DNA from: an uncultured Actinomycetota bacterium
Lineage (GTDB): Bacteria > Actinomycetota > Actinomycetes > Mycobacteriales > Pseudonocardiaceae
DNA length: 64,000 bases
Direction: 5' to 3'
NCBI GenBank assembly: GCA_963822335.1
Contig: CAWGHE010000007.1
Span: forward strand, 741,464 to 805,463
Shown: positions 17,509 to 27,833 of the stretch, in pieces
Numbering within the stretch: position 1 is the first letter of the stretch
How the letters are laid out: each line of letters opens with the position of its first letter
Program-made: the position numbers and the translations under genes
The notes under the pieces: generated by a model
What the model saw: only the letters and a program-made list of their open reading frames with translations
Told to the model about the DNA's origin: nothing
The model's database searches: none

Positions 17509-19632
17509 ATGGCGCCATCCGAGCTCGGGACCGCCCTGATGACGGCCGTCGGGACCGGTGGGCTGACACGCCTGCTGCAGACCCGCCCGGACGACCCCCT
17601 CTCCGCTGCCGAGGCACTGGCCGCGGCCGCAGGACGCGAGATCGGTGTCCCGGTCCAGGTGCTCACCGACGACGGGTGGGTGCTGGCCGGCGTGCCATGG
17701 CTCAGCGACGGCGGGGACCGTGTCGACGCCGCGGGGGTCACCGTGCGGTGGTCCGGGGCGACGCGGGCGGTGCCGGCCGACCTGCTGCGCCAGGCGTGCG
17801 TGTGGCTGTCGCTGCTGCGCGAGCGCGCGGCCGCCCGCGAGGAGCTCACGTCGGCCGGTGCCGAGGCCGACTCGATCCGCGACGTCGTCGGGCGCCTGCT
17901 GTCGGTGCGCGACGCGGACCAGGTGCTCCTGTCGGTGGCCGACTGGGTGCTGCGGCTCCTCGACGCGGACATCTGCGGGGTCCTGCTGCGCGAGGGCGAC
18001 GAGGTCCGGATGCGGTCCTGTGTCGGCCACCGCGCCGTCGAGACCTCGCGGCTGCGGATGAAGCGCGGCCAGGGCGTCGCCGGGCTGGTGTTCCTCACCG
18101 GCGAGCCGGCGAAGGTCGACTCCTACCTCGAGGACCGCACGATCAGCCAGGACTTCATGTTCCTGGCCGAGAAGGAGCAGACGTGCTCCGCGCTCGCCGT
18201 GCCGCTGCGCCTGCAGGGCGAGCTGGTCGGCGTACTCGAGGTGTGGCGCCGTCGCGAGTCCGTGTTCACCGCTCGCGACGTCCAGCGGATGGTCACGCTC
18301 GCCGACTTCGCGACGATCGCGATCGACAACGCCCGCCTGCACGACGTGCAGCTGCAGGCCATGGAGAGCGCCGAGCAGGCGCGCGACGCGCTGGCCCGGC
18401 AGATGACCGTGCTGGACCGCGCGGCGCAGCTGCAACAGACGTTGCTCTCGACGGTGGTGCAGGGCGGCGGCCTCGCCGCGATCGCCCGGACCGTGGCCGT
18501 CGATCTCGGCTGCGAGGTGGGCGTCTACGGCCCGGACGGCGGGCGACTCGCCGCGCACTCCGGTCCGCGGCTGGCCAGCACGCTGCCCGAGTCCCTGACG
18601 GCGTCCGGCACCCGCGCCGGGCCCCGGTCCGGCCGGTGGGTCCGGCCGGTGCACGCCGACGGCGACCGCGTCGGTCAGGTCTGCCTGCTGCAGGGCGACC
18701 AGCCCGCCGAGACGATGGACGCCGTGGCCGGGCACGTCGCGATGGCCTGTTCGCTCGCGCTGCTGCGGGAGCGGGCGGCCAGCCGGGCGCGCTCCGAGGC
18801 GATGGAGCAGGTGCTCTGGGACCTGCTGCAGGGCCCGGTCGAGCACCGGCTTGCCGCGCGCACCCGCGCCCAGCAGCTGTCCGTCCCGCTCGGCGGCGCG
18901 CTGCGGGTGGTCTACGGGCAGATCGAGAACATCGGCCGGCTCGCGGCCGAGCAGGGATGGGAGACCGCGCAGTCCGACCGTGTGCGGCGCGACGTGCTGC
19001 GCGCGGTCCGGTGCGCGGACGGCGGCCGCGCGCCGTCGCTCGCCGGCCTGCGCGGGGACTTCCTCGTCGCGATCGCGGCCGACCTCGACCGGGGCGGGGC
19101 ACGTGAGCTCGTCACGGCCGTCTCGGCGGCCGTGCGCGAGCAGTCCGGTGTCCGCCTGAGCTGGGGCGTCAGCCGGGAGCACACCGACGTCGTCGAGCTG
19201 CCGAGCGCGTTGAACGAGGCGCAGACCGCACTGTCCGCGGCGCACCGCCTCGGCGGGGAGAACGTGTTCCTCTACGAGGAGCTCGGGATCGTCCGGCTGC
19301 TGCTGGGTTCCGGGAGCGACCCGGACCTGCAGACGTTCGTCGACGAGGTCACCGGGCCGTTGCTGGCCTACGACAGGGACAACGACGGCTCCCTGATCCG
19401 GACCCTGCGCGCGTTCTTCGACGCCGACTGCTCGCAGCGCGTCGCCGCGGAGCGGTTGTTCGTGCACCACAAGACGTTGCGCTACCGCCTGGACCGGATC
19501 CGCAGGTTGACCGGCCTGGACCTGTCGCGGCACGAGGACCGGATGCGGGCGGACTTCGCCCTGCGGTTGCTGCAGGTCAACCGGTGCGATCCGGAGATGA
19601 CCCACGGCGACGGGCTCACGCGGGAGGAGTGA
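17509..19632 (+). CDS. PucR/CdaR-family transcriptional regulator with a GAF domain, 707 aa
   Basis: ORF 17509..19632(+). GAF-like block: [35 protein letters not shown]...[14 protein letters not shown]...[22 protein letters not shown]-terminal PucR HTH: [44 protein letters not shown]. Confidence 0.85.
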   Translation: MAPSELGTALMTAVGTGGLTRLLQTRPDDPLSAAEALAAAAGREIGVPVQVLTDDGWVLAGVPWLSDGGDRVDAAGVTVRWSGATRAVPADLLRQACVWLSLLRERAAAREELTSAGAEADSIRDVVGRLLSVRDADQVLLSVADWVLRLLDADICGVLLREGDEVRMRSCVGHRAVETSRLRMKRGQGVAGLVFLTGEPAKVDSYLEDRTISQDFMFLAEKEQTCSALAVPLRLQGELVGVLEVWRRRESVFTARDVQRMVTLADFATIAIDNARLHDVQLQAMESAEQARDALARQMTVLDRAAQLQQTLLSTVVQGGGLAAIARTVAVDLGCEVGVYGPDGGRLAAHSGPRLASTLPESLTASGTRAGPRSGRWVRPVHADGDRVGQVCLLQGDQPAETMDAVAGHVAMACSLALLRERAASRARSEAMEQVLWDLLQGPVEHRLAARTRAQQLSVPLGGALRVVYGQIENIGRLAAEQGWETAQSDRVRRDVLRAVRCADGGRAPSLAGLRGDFLVAIAADLDRGGARELVTAVSAAVREQSGVRLSWGVSREHTDVVELPSALNEAQTALSAAHRLGGENVFLYEELGIVRLLLGSGSDPDLQTFVDEVTGPLLAYDRDNDGSLIRTLRAFFDADCSQRVAAERLFVHHKTLRYRLDRIRRLTGLDLSRHEDRMRADFALRLLQVNRCDPEMTHGDGLTREE

Positions 19633-19915
19633 TCGACCCTTCGACGACGCCCTCGGTCTCGCCGTGCGGGCGCGGGATGACGTGGCTGGTGTAGAGCTCG
19701 CCGACGGCGCGAGCGGCGGCCGACCCGGCGTCCACGGCCGCCTGCACCGCTCCGACGTCGCCGCGGACCAGCACGGACACCTGACCGTTGCGCAGCGTGC
19801 GGTAGCCCTGCAGCCGCACGTTCGCAGCCTTCACCATCGCGTCCGCGGCCTCGATCGCGCCGACCAGGCCCCTGGTCTCGACCAGACCGAGCGCACCGGA
19901 TCCCGCAGCCGTCAT
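19616..19915 (-). CDS. Second BMC-H shell protein with an atypical pore loop, 99 aa
   Basis: ATG (complement 19913-19915). [64 protein letters not shown]...[10 protein letters not shown]. The 3' end overlaps the regulator's 3' end by 17 nt (convergent). Confidence 0.88.
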   Translation of the reverse strand: MTAAGSGALGLVETRGLVGAIEAADAMVKAANVRLQGYRTLRNGQVSVLVRGDVGAVQAAVDAGSAAARAVGELYTSHVIPRPHGETEGVVEGSITPPA

Positions 19916-20005
19916 CGCACGTCCCTCCGCCGGTCGTGGATCGACGGTAGCTCCGCGAGCGGCGCCGTCGCGATGTCCGCGGTGGATAGTCCGGGGCGCG
20001 CTCCG

Positions 20006-20027
20006 CTGTCCCGCTGCGGCGGGACAG
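20006..20027 (-). terminator. Hairpin (9-bp perfect stem, 4-nt loop) downstream of the GntR gene and upstream of the second BMC-H
   Basis: CTGTCCCGC-TGCG-GCGGGACAG, immediately 3' of the GntR stop at 20032 on the minus strand. Confidence 0.4.
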
Positions 20028-20031
20028 GGGG

Positions 20032-20709
20032 TCAGCGCTGGCCCAGCAGGTTCGTGCGGACGTCGAGCAGGTGCGCGCGCATGTGGTCGCGGGCCAGGTC
20101 GGGGTCGCGTTCGGTGAGCGCGTCGATGATGTCGCGGTGGCTCGTCCGGTAGCCGCCGCGGCGTTCGGGTGTCGAGGTGCGGCGCTTGATGCTGCCCCAG
20201 ACCGGCAGGTCGCGGGCCGCGTTCATCGTGTCGAACAGCCGCAGCAGGAGCGTGTTGTGCGCGGCGACGGCGATGCCGCGGTGCAGGGCGGAGTCCCAGC
20301 CCTCGAAGTCGGCGTACCCGGTGGCCTGCTCGCTGCGGGTCAGGCAGTGGTGCAGGTGGTCGATGTCGGCCTGGGTGGCCTGGCTGGCGGCCAGCGCGGC
20401 GATCTCGGGCTCCAGCAGCAGCCGGGTCTGCATGATCTCGGCCGGGCTCGTCTGCGGTACCTCCTCGGCGGGCGAGCCGGCGGACGTGGCGAGCGAGTCG
20501 GCGACGAACGTGCCGCGGCCGACCTGGCGCACGATCGACCCCTCCCGCTCGAGCACGGCGAGGGCCCCGCGCACGGCGGTGCGCCCGACGCCGAGCCGGT
20601 CGACGAGCGCGCGCTCGGTCGGCAGCTTCGACCCGGCGCTCAGCGTCCCGCTGCGCAGGCCGTCCACCAGCAGCGCCCGCACCTGTTCGCCCGCAGAAAC
20701 CTCGCTCAC
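20032..20709 (-). CDS. GntR-family (FadR/FCD subfamily) transcriptional regulator
   Basis: Part of ORF 20032..20772(-). Likely GTG start (complement 20707-20709) after [47 protein letters not shown] (wHTH) plus an FCD-like helical C-terminus. Confidence 0.85.
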   Translation of the reverse strand: MSEVSAGEQVRALLVDGLRSGTLSAGSKLPTERALVDRLGVGRTAVRGALAVLEREGSIVRQVGRGTFVADSLATSAGSPAEEVPQTSPAEIMQTRLLLEPEIAALAASQATQADIDHLHHCLTRSEQATGYADFEGWDSALHRGIAVAAHNTLLLRLFDTMNAARDLPVWGSIKRRTSTPERRGGYRTSHRDIIDALTERDPDLARDHMRAHLLDVRTNLLGQR

Positions 20710-20870
20710 CACACCTCCCGGACCAGCGCGACCAATCGCGAACCAATATAGCCGGTCGCGGAGGGCTGACAAGTACCGACCTGGCCGTTAGCCTCGGCAT
20801 CAGGCGCAACCAAAGCCGACCAGAGACATGATTGGTCGGCAATTGGTCGGGAGATCGAGGAGGCCGGGCG

Positions 20871-21743
20871 TTGAAGCTGGTCACGTACGAGGTGGACGGC
20901 CGTACCGGGCTGGGGCGCGTCGACGACGACGGCGTCACCGTGCGGGACCTGGCCGGGGTCACCGGCGCTCGCGGCCTGCTGCAGGTGATCGAGGAGTGGG
21001 ATGCGCTCGCGGAACCGATCGCTGCCGCGACCGGCCTCCCGGTCGTCGAGAACCCGCGGCTGCGCGCGCCGATCCCGTCGCCGCGGCGGGACCTGTTCGC
21101 GGTCGGCAAGAACTACCGCGAGCACGTCGCCGAGTTCGGGCGGTCCGGCTACGACACCCCGCAGCGCTCGGAGGACCTGCCGGACAAGCCGATCGTGTTC
21201 TCCAAGGCGACCACGTCGGTGACCGGCCCGTTCGACGACGTCGAGTCGCACCCGTCGGTGACGAGCGAGCTGGACTACGAGGCCGAGCTGGCCGTGATCA
21301 TCGGCCGCGGCGGCCGTGGCATCTCCTACGACGACGCACCGGACCACGTCTGGGGCTACACGATCGTCAACGACGTCACGGCCCGCGACGTGCAGCGCGA
21401 CCACAAGCAGTGGCTGCTCGGCAAGTCGCTGGACACGCACGCCCCGATGGGGCCGTGGGCGGTGTCCGCGGACGAGATCGACGACCTCGGTGTGCTGGAG
21501 GTGTCCAGCCACGTCAACGGCGAGCCGCGGCAGCGGGCCGCGGTCAAGGACCTGATCTTCGACGTGCCGGAGCTGATCCGGGTGATCTCCGCGGGGATCA
21601 CGCTGCTGCCCGGCGACGTCATCGCCACCGGCACCCCGGCCGGGGTCGGGATCGGCTTCGACCCGCCGAGGTTCCTGACCCGCGGCGACGTCGTCGAGTG
21701 CGCGATCACCGGCCTCGGCGCGCTCCGCAACACGATCGTCTAG
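20871..21743 (+). CDS. Fumarylacetoacetate hydrolase (FAH)-family protein
   Basis: TTG at 20871 after GAGGAGG (20857-20863), within ORF 20832..21743. [36 protein letters not shown]. Confidence 0.85.
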   Translation: MKLVTYEVDGRTGLGRVDDDGVTVRDLAGVTGARGLLQVIEEWDALAEPIAAATGLPVVENPRLRAPIPSPRRDLFAVGKNYREHVAEFGRSGYDTPQRSEDLPDKPIVFSKATTSVTGPFDDVESHPSVTSELDYEAELAVIIGRGGRGISYDDAPDHVWGYTIVNDVTARDVQRDHKQWLLGKSLDTHAPMGPWAVSADEIDDLGVLEVSSHVNGEPRQRAAVKDLIFDVPELIRVISAGITLLPGDVIATGTPAGVGIGFDPPRFLTRGDVVECAITGLGALRNTIV

Positions 21744-21757
21744 GAGGACGAAACACA

Positions 21758-22519
21758 GTGCAGGTCAACGGTAAGGAACTCGCCGTCGAGGTTCAGGGCG
21801 ACGGGCCGGCGGTGCTGCTGGTCCACGGGCTGGGCGGGACGTCGAACTTCTACCAGCCCCAGGTCGACGCCCTGGCCGAGCGGTTCACGGTGATCCGCCC
21901 GGACATGGAGGGCTCCGGCCGCTCCCCGGTCACCGGCGAGCTGAGCATCGACTCGTTCGCCGCCGACCTCGTCGGGATCCTCGACGGGCTCGGCGTCGAC
22001 TCGGCGCATGTGGTCGGACACTCGATGGCGACGCTGACCGTGCGCCGCCTCGCGGCGACCCACCCGGGCCGCGTCTCGCGCCTGGTGCTGCTCGGTGCCG
22101 TGAACCCGCCCGCGGACGCCGCCCGCCAGGGCCCGCGCGACCGCGCCGCGACCGTGCGCGAGCAGGGGCAGATCGCCGTCGCCGACGCGATCATGACGAA
22201 CGCGACGAGCGAGGCCACCCGCCGCGACCACCCGGCCGCCGCGGCGATGGTGCGCGAGCTCGTGCTGCGCCAGGACCCGGAGGGCTACGCCCGGTCCTGC
22301 GAGGCGCTGGCCGCCGCGACCGATCCCGGGCCGGTGGACCCGTCGTTGCCGTTGCTGCTGCTCACCGGCGACGAGGACAAGGTCGGACCGCCCGACGCGA
22401 GCCAGGCGCTGGCGGACGCGCACGGTTCCGCCGTCCTGGACGTGTTCAGCGGCTGCGGGCACTGGACCGCGCTGGAGAAGCCGGCCGAGGTCACCGAGCA
22501 CCTCGTGAAGTTCTTCTGA
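21758..22519 (+). CDS. Alpha/beta hydrolase (3-oxoadipate enol-lactonase-like)
   Basis: GTG at 21758 after AGGAGGA. LLVHGLGGTSNFY, nucleophile elbow VVGHSMAT, C-terminal GCGHWTALEKP. Confidence 0.8.
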   Translation: MQVNGKELAVEVQGDGPAVLLVHGLGGTSNFYQPQVDALAERFTVIRPDMEGSGRSPVTGELSIDSFAADLVGILDGLGVDSAHVVGHSMATLTVRRLAATHPGRVSRLVLLGAVNPPADAARQGPRDRAATVREQGQIAVADAIMTNATSEATRRDHPAAAAMVRELVLRQDPEGYARSCEALAAATDPGPVDPSLPLLLLTGDEDKVGPPDASQALADAHGSAVLDVFSGCGHWTALEKPAEVTEHLVKFF

Positions 22520-22547
22520 TCCTTTCACCTCGACGAGGAGGTCTTCC

Positions 22548-23843
22548 ATGTCCAAGGTCCTGTTCCGCGACGTGCGGATCCTCGACTCCACCGGAGCCGA
22601 TCCGTACCCGGGTGACGTGCTGGTCGAGGACGACCACATCGCCGCCGTCGGCGAGGTCGCCGCCGCCCGCGCCGAGGGTGCCCAGGTCGTCGAGGGTCGC
22701 GGGCGGACGCTGATGTCCGGGCTGTGCGACGCGCACACCCACTTCTCCTGGATCAACTCCGCCGACCTCGACGGCCTGGGCACGATGCCCGTCGAGGAGC
22801 ACCTGATCGCGGCGATGGAGTCGGCGAAGACCTACATCGACTCCGGCTACACGATGTGCCTGGGCGCCGCCTCGGCGAAGGACCGCCTCGACGTCGTCTG
22901 CCGCGACGCGATCGCCGCCGGCCGCATCCCCGGCCCGCGCTACCTGGCCAACGGCCCGGAGATCGCCGTCACCGGCGGCGCGCTCGTCCACTCGATCACC
23001 AAGTTCGCCGACGGCCCGGAGGGCATGCGCAAGGCCGTCCGCGAGCTGATCGAGCTCGGCGTCGACCAGATCAAGCTGTCGATGACCGGCGAGGAGATCA
23101 CCGGCACCCAGCGCGCCGAGGACACCTACTTCTCCGACGAGGAGGTGGCGGCCGCCGCCACCGAGGCGCACCGCCGCGGCAAGCGCGTCTGTGCGCACGC
23201 GCGCTCGGCCGAGAGCGTGAAGATGTGCCTGCGCAACAAGGTCGACATCATCTACCACGCCAGCTTCACCGACGCCGAGGGCATGGACATGCTCGAGGCG
23301 AACCGGGACTGGGTGTTCGTCGCGCCCGGCATCAACTGGCTGGTCGCCACGCTCTACGAGGCGGAGTCGTTCGGGTTCCCGCAGGAGGCCGCCGAGGCCG
23401 TCGGGTACAAGAAGGAGCTCGAGGTCGCGACCGAGGGCCTGCGCGAGATGCACCGGCGCGGGATCAAGCTGCTCCCGGGCGGTGACTACGGCTTCGCCTG
23501 GACCCCGCACGGCACCTACGCCCGCGACCTGGAGCACTTCGTCGAGCGCCTCGGCTTCACGCCGATGGAGGCGATCCTGTCCGCCACCAAGCTGGGCGGC
23601 GAGATCATGCTCAGGCCCGACGAGCTGGGCCAGGTCCAGCCGGGCTTCCTCGCCGACATGATCCTCGTCGACGGCGACCCGCTGGAGGACATCACGATCC
23701 TGCAGGACCGGGACAACATCCACGCGATCATGAAGGACGGCCGCTTCCACAAGCCCGACGCGAGCCCCGTCCTGCAGGAGGCGGGCCGGCCGGTCGACCG
23801 CGCCACCGCGAGCGCGGCCGCGACGGTCCAGGCCCGGGCCTGA
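22548..23843 (+). CDS. Amidohydrolase-superfamily (metal-dependent hydrolase) protein, 431 aa
   Basis: RBS GAGGAGG plus ATG at 22548. GLCDAHTHFS (HxH metal motif), VCAHARS, IIYHASF, LPGGDYGF. Confidence 0.85.
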   Translation: MSKVLFRDVRILDSTGADPYPGDVLVEDDHIAAVGEVAAARAEGAQVVEGRGRTLMSGLCDAHTHFSWINSADLDGLGTMPVEEHLIAAMESAKTYIDSGYTMCLGAASAKDRLDVVCRDAIAAGRIPGPRYLANGPEIAVTGGALVHSITKFADGPEGMRKAVRELIELGVDQIKLSMTGEEITGTQRAEDTYFSDEEVAAAATEAHRRGKRVCAHARSAESVKMCLRNKVDIIYHASFTDAEGMDMLEANRDWVFVAPGINWLVATLYEAESFGFPQEAAEAVGYKKELEVATEGLREMHRRGIKLLPGGDYGFAWTPHGTYARDLEHFVERLGFTPMEAILSATKLGGEIMLRPDELGQVQPGFLADMILVDGDPLEDITILQDRDNIHAIMKDGRFHKPDASPVLQEAGRPVDRATASAAATVQARA

Positions 23844-23849
23844 CCTCAC

Positions 23850-23881
23850 GGTGGGCGCCACCGTGCGCGGTGGCGCCCACC
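23850..23881 (+). terminator. Perfect 14-bp stem hairpin after the amidohydrolase gene
   Basis: GGTGGGCGCCACCG-TGCG-CGGTGGCGCCCACC, 7 nt after the stop codon at 23841-23843. Confidence 0.6.
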
Positions 23882-23900
23882 GTCCCGACCCGGAGCCGAC

Positions 23901-24247
23901 GTGCCCCTGCTGATCTGCCGCACCTGTCCCCGTTACGACCCGCCCGCAGCGGTGCGTTCGGCCGCGACCTCGACACCGCGCTCGCCGCCCATCCGGGTGC
24001 CGGGGATCTGCGGATCCGCCATGTCCAGTGCCTGGGCGGCTGCCCCGAACACGGCGTCGTCGCCGTCGACGGCATCGGCAAGGCCCGTGTCCGGTTCAAC
24101 GGGCTCACCGGCGACGACGCCGACGCGATCGTCACCGCCGCCCGCGCCCACGCCGGATGCGGCACCGGTGCGCCGGACGACTGGGAGGTCCCGGCCGAGC
24201 TCGCCGACCGGCTGAGCACGGTCACGTACAAGCGCCCGCCCGCCTGA
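23901..24247 (+). CDS. DUF1636-like predicted metal-binding protein; frame broken near 23939-23950
   Basis: GTG at 23901: VPLLICRTCPRYDPP (the CxxC N-terminus typical of the family). The -1 frame then continues as SGAFGRDLDTALAAH...RHVQCLGGCPEHGVVAVDG...RFNGLTGDDADAIV (ORF 23870..24247). Confidence 0.55.
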
Positions 24248-24259
24248 TCGTAGGTTCGA

Positions 24260-24982
24260 GTGGTGTCCACCGGAGCGCACCTGTCACTGACGCACCTGCA
24301 GCACGCCGCGTCGCGGTTCGCGGACGTGCTGAGCAGAGGCGACCTGGATGCGCCCGTGCCGACCTGCGGTGACTGGCGGCTGCTCGACCTCGCCCACCAC
24401 CTCGGCGGTATCCACCGGTGGGCCCGGACCGCCGTCGTCGAGGGGCGGGAGGGTTCCGAGGAGCCGGCCGATGCCCCGTCGGACCGTGCGGACGTCGTCG
24501 CGTGGTTCACCGAGGGTTCGACGGCGTTGCTGGACGCGCTGACGGCGGCCGGGCCGGACGCGCCGTGCTGGACGTTCGGACCGGAGCCGCACCGGGCCGG
24601 GTTCTGGTTCCGCCGCCAGGCCCACGAGACCACCGTGCACGCCTACGACGCCGAGCTCTCCCACGGCGAGCCCCGGCCGGTGCCCGGCGACCTCGCCCTC
24701 GACGGCGTCGACGAGGTCCTGACGATGTTCCTGCCCCGCCAGGTCCGGCTGGGGCGCACCACGTTGCCTGCCCTGCGCCTGGCGCTGGTCGCCGACGACG
24801 GGACGCGCCGGGAGATCGCGGGGGAGGACGCCCCGGCGTCGCCGGGCGCCGTCGTGAGCGGGCCGGCCGAGGCGCTCTACCTGCTGGTCTGGCGCCGGAT
24901 CGGGCTCGACGACGCCCGGGTCGCCGTGGACGGCGAGCGCGCCGTCGCCGAGGCCGTCCTCGCGGCGGATCTCACCCCGTAG
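24260..24982 (+). CDS. Maleylpyruvate-isomerase-family mycothiol-dependent (DinB-fold) protein
   Basis: ORF 24260..24982(+). CGDWRLLDLAHHLGGIHRWA, FWFRRQAHETTVHAYD; typical of the actinobacterial MDMPI N-terminal/DinB family. Confidence 0.7.
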   Translation: MVSTGAHLSLTHLQHAASRFADVLSRGDLDAPVPTCGDWRLLDLAHHLGGIHRWARTAVVEGREGSEEPADAPSDRADVVAWFTEGSTALLDALTAAGPDAPCWTFGPEPHRAGFWFRRQAHETTVHAYDAELSHGEPRPVPGDLALDGVDEVLTMFLPRQVRLGRTTLPALRLALVADDGTRREIAGEDAPASPGAVVSGPAEALYLLVWRRIGLDDARVAVDGERAVAEAVLAADLTP

Positions 24983-24985
24983 CGA

Positions 24986-26150
24986 TCACGCGATGCCGAG
25001 CTTCTCGGCGGCCAGCAGGCTGCCCTCGACCCGGCTCCTGATCTTGCGGAACGCGATGCCGCGGGCCAGATCGGGCAGCCCGGGCAACGGCTTCGGATCG
25101 TGCGAGAACGGCGAGAAGCCGCAGTTGTCGGTGGAGCCGAGCTGCTCGGCCCGGATGTGGAGCGCGGCCCGGACCAGGGTGTCGGCGACCTCGGGCACGC
25201 TCTCGACGCGCGGGCTGTGGGTGTCGATCACCCCGACGAAGGCCATCGGCGTGAGGCCGTTCGCGTCCGAACGCAGGTGCTCCCCGATCGCGGCGCAGAC
25301 GGCGTCCGGGTCCGGTTCGGCGACGAGCTGGAGCAGGAAGTAGCCGGCGTCGATCCGGAGGACCTCGCGGAGCAGGTCGGGATAGGGCACGTCCGCCGGC
25401 GACGAGCCGCGGTCGTCGGGCGAGCAGGTGTGCACGCCGATGTTCACGCGCTCGCGGGCGTTGAAGCGCTCCATCACCCGGTTGATCAGGTCGATGCAGT
25501 GCGCGAGCGTCCCGGACCCGGTCCAGGGGTTGCGGGGGTCGTTGCCGTTGGTGAGCCGCCCGTCGGAGAAGTCGAGGGAGACCCGCACGGCGCCGGCCGC
25601 GAACGCCGACCGGATGTCCTTCTCGCACTCCTCGACCAGATCCTGCTCGAACCGCTCCCGGGGGTAGCCGGGGACCTGTTCACCGGGCGGGTAGAGCAGC
25701 GCCAGCGCCGACGGCGCGATGACGGCCTGCTTCATCGGTCGCGTCGTGTGAGCCGGTCGAGCCGGCCAGCGTGTCGGCGGCGTAGGCCCGGTACCGGAAC
25801 GGGCCGCCGGTCAGCTGGCGCAGCAGACGGCCGTGCCCGTCGGTGAAGATCGCCGAATGCGGGTCGTCCACGTCCGGCGCCGACGCCACGCCGGTGCCGG
25901 TGGCGTCCGCCACCGGGTAGCTGGCGAACGACGTCCGCCCCAGCTCTCCGTCGGAGACGATCGGCGCCCCGGTGGCCTCGTACTGCGCCATCGTGTCCCG
26001 GACGGCGCGGTCCTGCGCGGCGCCCAGTGCGTCGTCGTCGATCCGCCCGGCGTCGTGTTCGGCGTAGGCGTCCAGCAACGCCTGCGGGCGGGGAAGTGAG
26101 CCGACCGGTTCGGTCGGGATGCCGGTCACGGCGCGCGGGTCGAACTTCAC
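24986..26150 (-). CDS. Cobalamin-independent methionine synthase (MetE C-terminal)-like methyltransferase-family protein; frame broken near 25741-25751
   Basis: GTG (complement 26148-26150). N-terminal part in ORF 25680..26324(-): VKFDPRAVTGIPTEPVGSLPRPQALL...APIVSDGELGR. C-terminal part in ORF 24986..25735(-): MKQAVIAPSALALLYP...VNIGVHTC...STDNCGFSPF. Confidence 0.6.
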
Positions 26151-26492
26151 GGTGCACCCCCTGGAGGCGGGGCACGTCACCGTGCACCACGGCTCCGTCG
26201 TCCGCTGCACCACCACTGCGACCACGTCGTCGCACGAGCACCGGAAGGTCAACACAGTGTGCCCCGGTCCGGCCCGGAGTTCACTCGTCGTTTCGTGGAG
26301 CGTCACGGAGCCGGTCGGGAACATGGCCGGGTCTGGTCCGTCACACCGTCGGTGATAGGTATCGCACGCACGGTCTGACCAGCGACGAGGAGCCGCAGCA
26401 ACCCGTTCTCGGGGCCGGGTCCTCGTGCCGGGTGCTCGGGATGGTTACCGTCGGGTACTGGCAGCGACGCCACGCCCCTGATCCCCCGTGAT

Positions 26493-27443
26493 GTGGAGGA
26501 TGTCGTGCCAACGTGTCCCACCGCCGCTCCCCGTACGACGATGCCGACCTGGAAGGACGGCCCCGAGGACGGCCCGACCGTCGTGTTCCTGCACGGCGCG
26601 ACGTCCGACCACCACTCCTGGGCCCCACAGGTCGACGCCCTGCGTGATCGCTTCCGGACCGTCACGGTCGACCTGAGGGGGCACGGCGACTCGCCCGAGC
26701 TGGGCCGGTTCGACTTCGACGCCGTCGTGAGCGACGTCCTGGACCTGCTCGGCGACCTGGAGCGTCCGGTGGCCCTGGTCGGCCTCAGCTTGGGCGGCGC
26801 GGTCGCCCAGGAGGTGGTCTACCGCGCGCCGGACGTCGTCGACGCACTGGTCGTCGCCGACGCGACGTGCGTGACGGCCCCGCGCTCCTTCCTCGAGAAG
26901 CCGGTCGCCACCACGGCGCTGTCCGGGATGGCGTTCCTGCCCGAGGAGATCTTCCATCGACGCGCCGCCGGGGCGCTGGCGAACGACAAGGATGTCTCCG
27001 ACGACCTCCTCTCCGACATGCAGGAGTGGTCGCCGGCCAGCGCCGTGCAGGTGCTGATCGAGCTCGTCACTTCCCTGCACCCGGACCCGGACTACGAACT
27101 GCCGGTGCCCGCCCTGCTGCTGCACGGTGCCGACGACCGGCTGGGCGACATCGCGCAGAGCACGCGCGCCTGGGCCGAGCGCGACTCCCGCGCCGAGTAC
27201 GCCGTGATCCCGGACGCCGGCCACGTCAGCAACCTCGACAACCCGGACGCGTTCACCGCGGTGCTGGAGTCGTTCCTGGACCGGCAGATGCCGGCGGCCC
27301 CGGAGCGCACCCGCCGCACCGGGCCTTCTGACGACCTGCCTCGCGTCGGACGTCCGCGGAGGAGCCGCCGCTGGGCCCGCCGTCTCGCAGCCGCTCTCGG
27401 GAGGCCGGGCGTAGAGCCCGGGCCGGCCCCGACGCCACGGTGA
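26493..27443 (+). CDS. Alpha/beta hydrolase
   Basis: ORF 26493..27443(+); an alternative GTG at 26505 follows GGAGGA. VVFLHGATSDHHSW, nucleophile elbow GLSLGG, DAGHVSNLDNP; basic, disordered C-terminal tail. Confidence 0.75.
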   Translation: MEDVVPTCPTAAPRTTMPTWKDGPEDGPTVVFLHGATSDHHSWAPQVDALRDRFRTVTVDLRGHGDSPELGRFDFDAVVSDVLDLLGDLERPVALVGLSLGGAVAQEVVYRAPDVVDALVVADATCVTAPRSFLEKPVATTALSGMAFLPEEIFHRRAAGALANDKDVSDDLLSDMQEWSPASAVQVLIELVTSLHPDPDYELPVPALLLHGADDRLGDIAQSTRAWAERDSRAEYAVIPDAGHVSNLDNPDAFTAVLESFLDRQMPAAPERTRRTGPSDDLPRVGRPRRSRRWARRLAAALGRPGVEPGPAPTPR

Positions 27444-27452
27444 TCTGACCGA

Positions 27453-27488
27453 GCGGCGCCGGCGCCTCTGACGGGGCGCCGGCGCCGC
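27453..27488 (+). terminator. Perfect 14-bp GC stem hairpin after the hydrolase gene
   Basis: GCGGCGCCGGCGCC-TCTGACGG-GGCGCCGGCGCCGC followed by TT; about 10 nt after the stop. Confidence 0.6.
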
Positions 27489-27833
27489 TTGGTCGTCGTC
27501 ACCTTGCGGCGGCGTTCGCGCTCCCCGACCGACGGCTCACCCGCGGGCCGTACACCGCGTTCCGGCCTCCGACCCGGCCCTCGGCGAGGGGTCCGGTGCC
27601 CTGGTGGTCGGCCCATGCCCGGACGTAGGCTGCCCCGGCACGTTGTGCCCCGGACCCGAGCGCCACGCGTCGAGCGTCGAGTCGACTCAGGTGTCCGTCT
27701 TGGGGTTCATCCGCAAGCACCCGGCCGTCGTCGTCCTCGTGCCGTCGTTCGTCATCGCGTGGGGCCTCCCACCGTTCGGTTGATCGGGCGTGACCCGCCG
27801 CAACCGAGTTCGAACCACCAAGAGGAGAAGTCG

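Noticed and set aside
19916-20031. A third copy of the GGACA-N15-TGTCC operator upstream of the second BMC-H.
   Set aside because: The only TGTCC/GGACA pair there (20006-20027) has the opposite arrangement and a 4-nt loop. It forms a simple hairpin, best read as the GntR terminator.
26151-26340. The ~170-nt leader upstream of the MetE-like gene, considered as a cobalamin or SAM riboswitch.
   Set aside because: I could not find a B12 box or conserved SAM-riboswitch core by eye. The gene is a short MetE-C-terminal-like paralog, not true metE. It needs an Infernal/Rfam scan before any claim.
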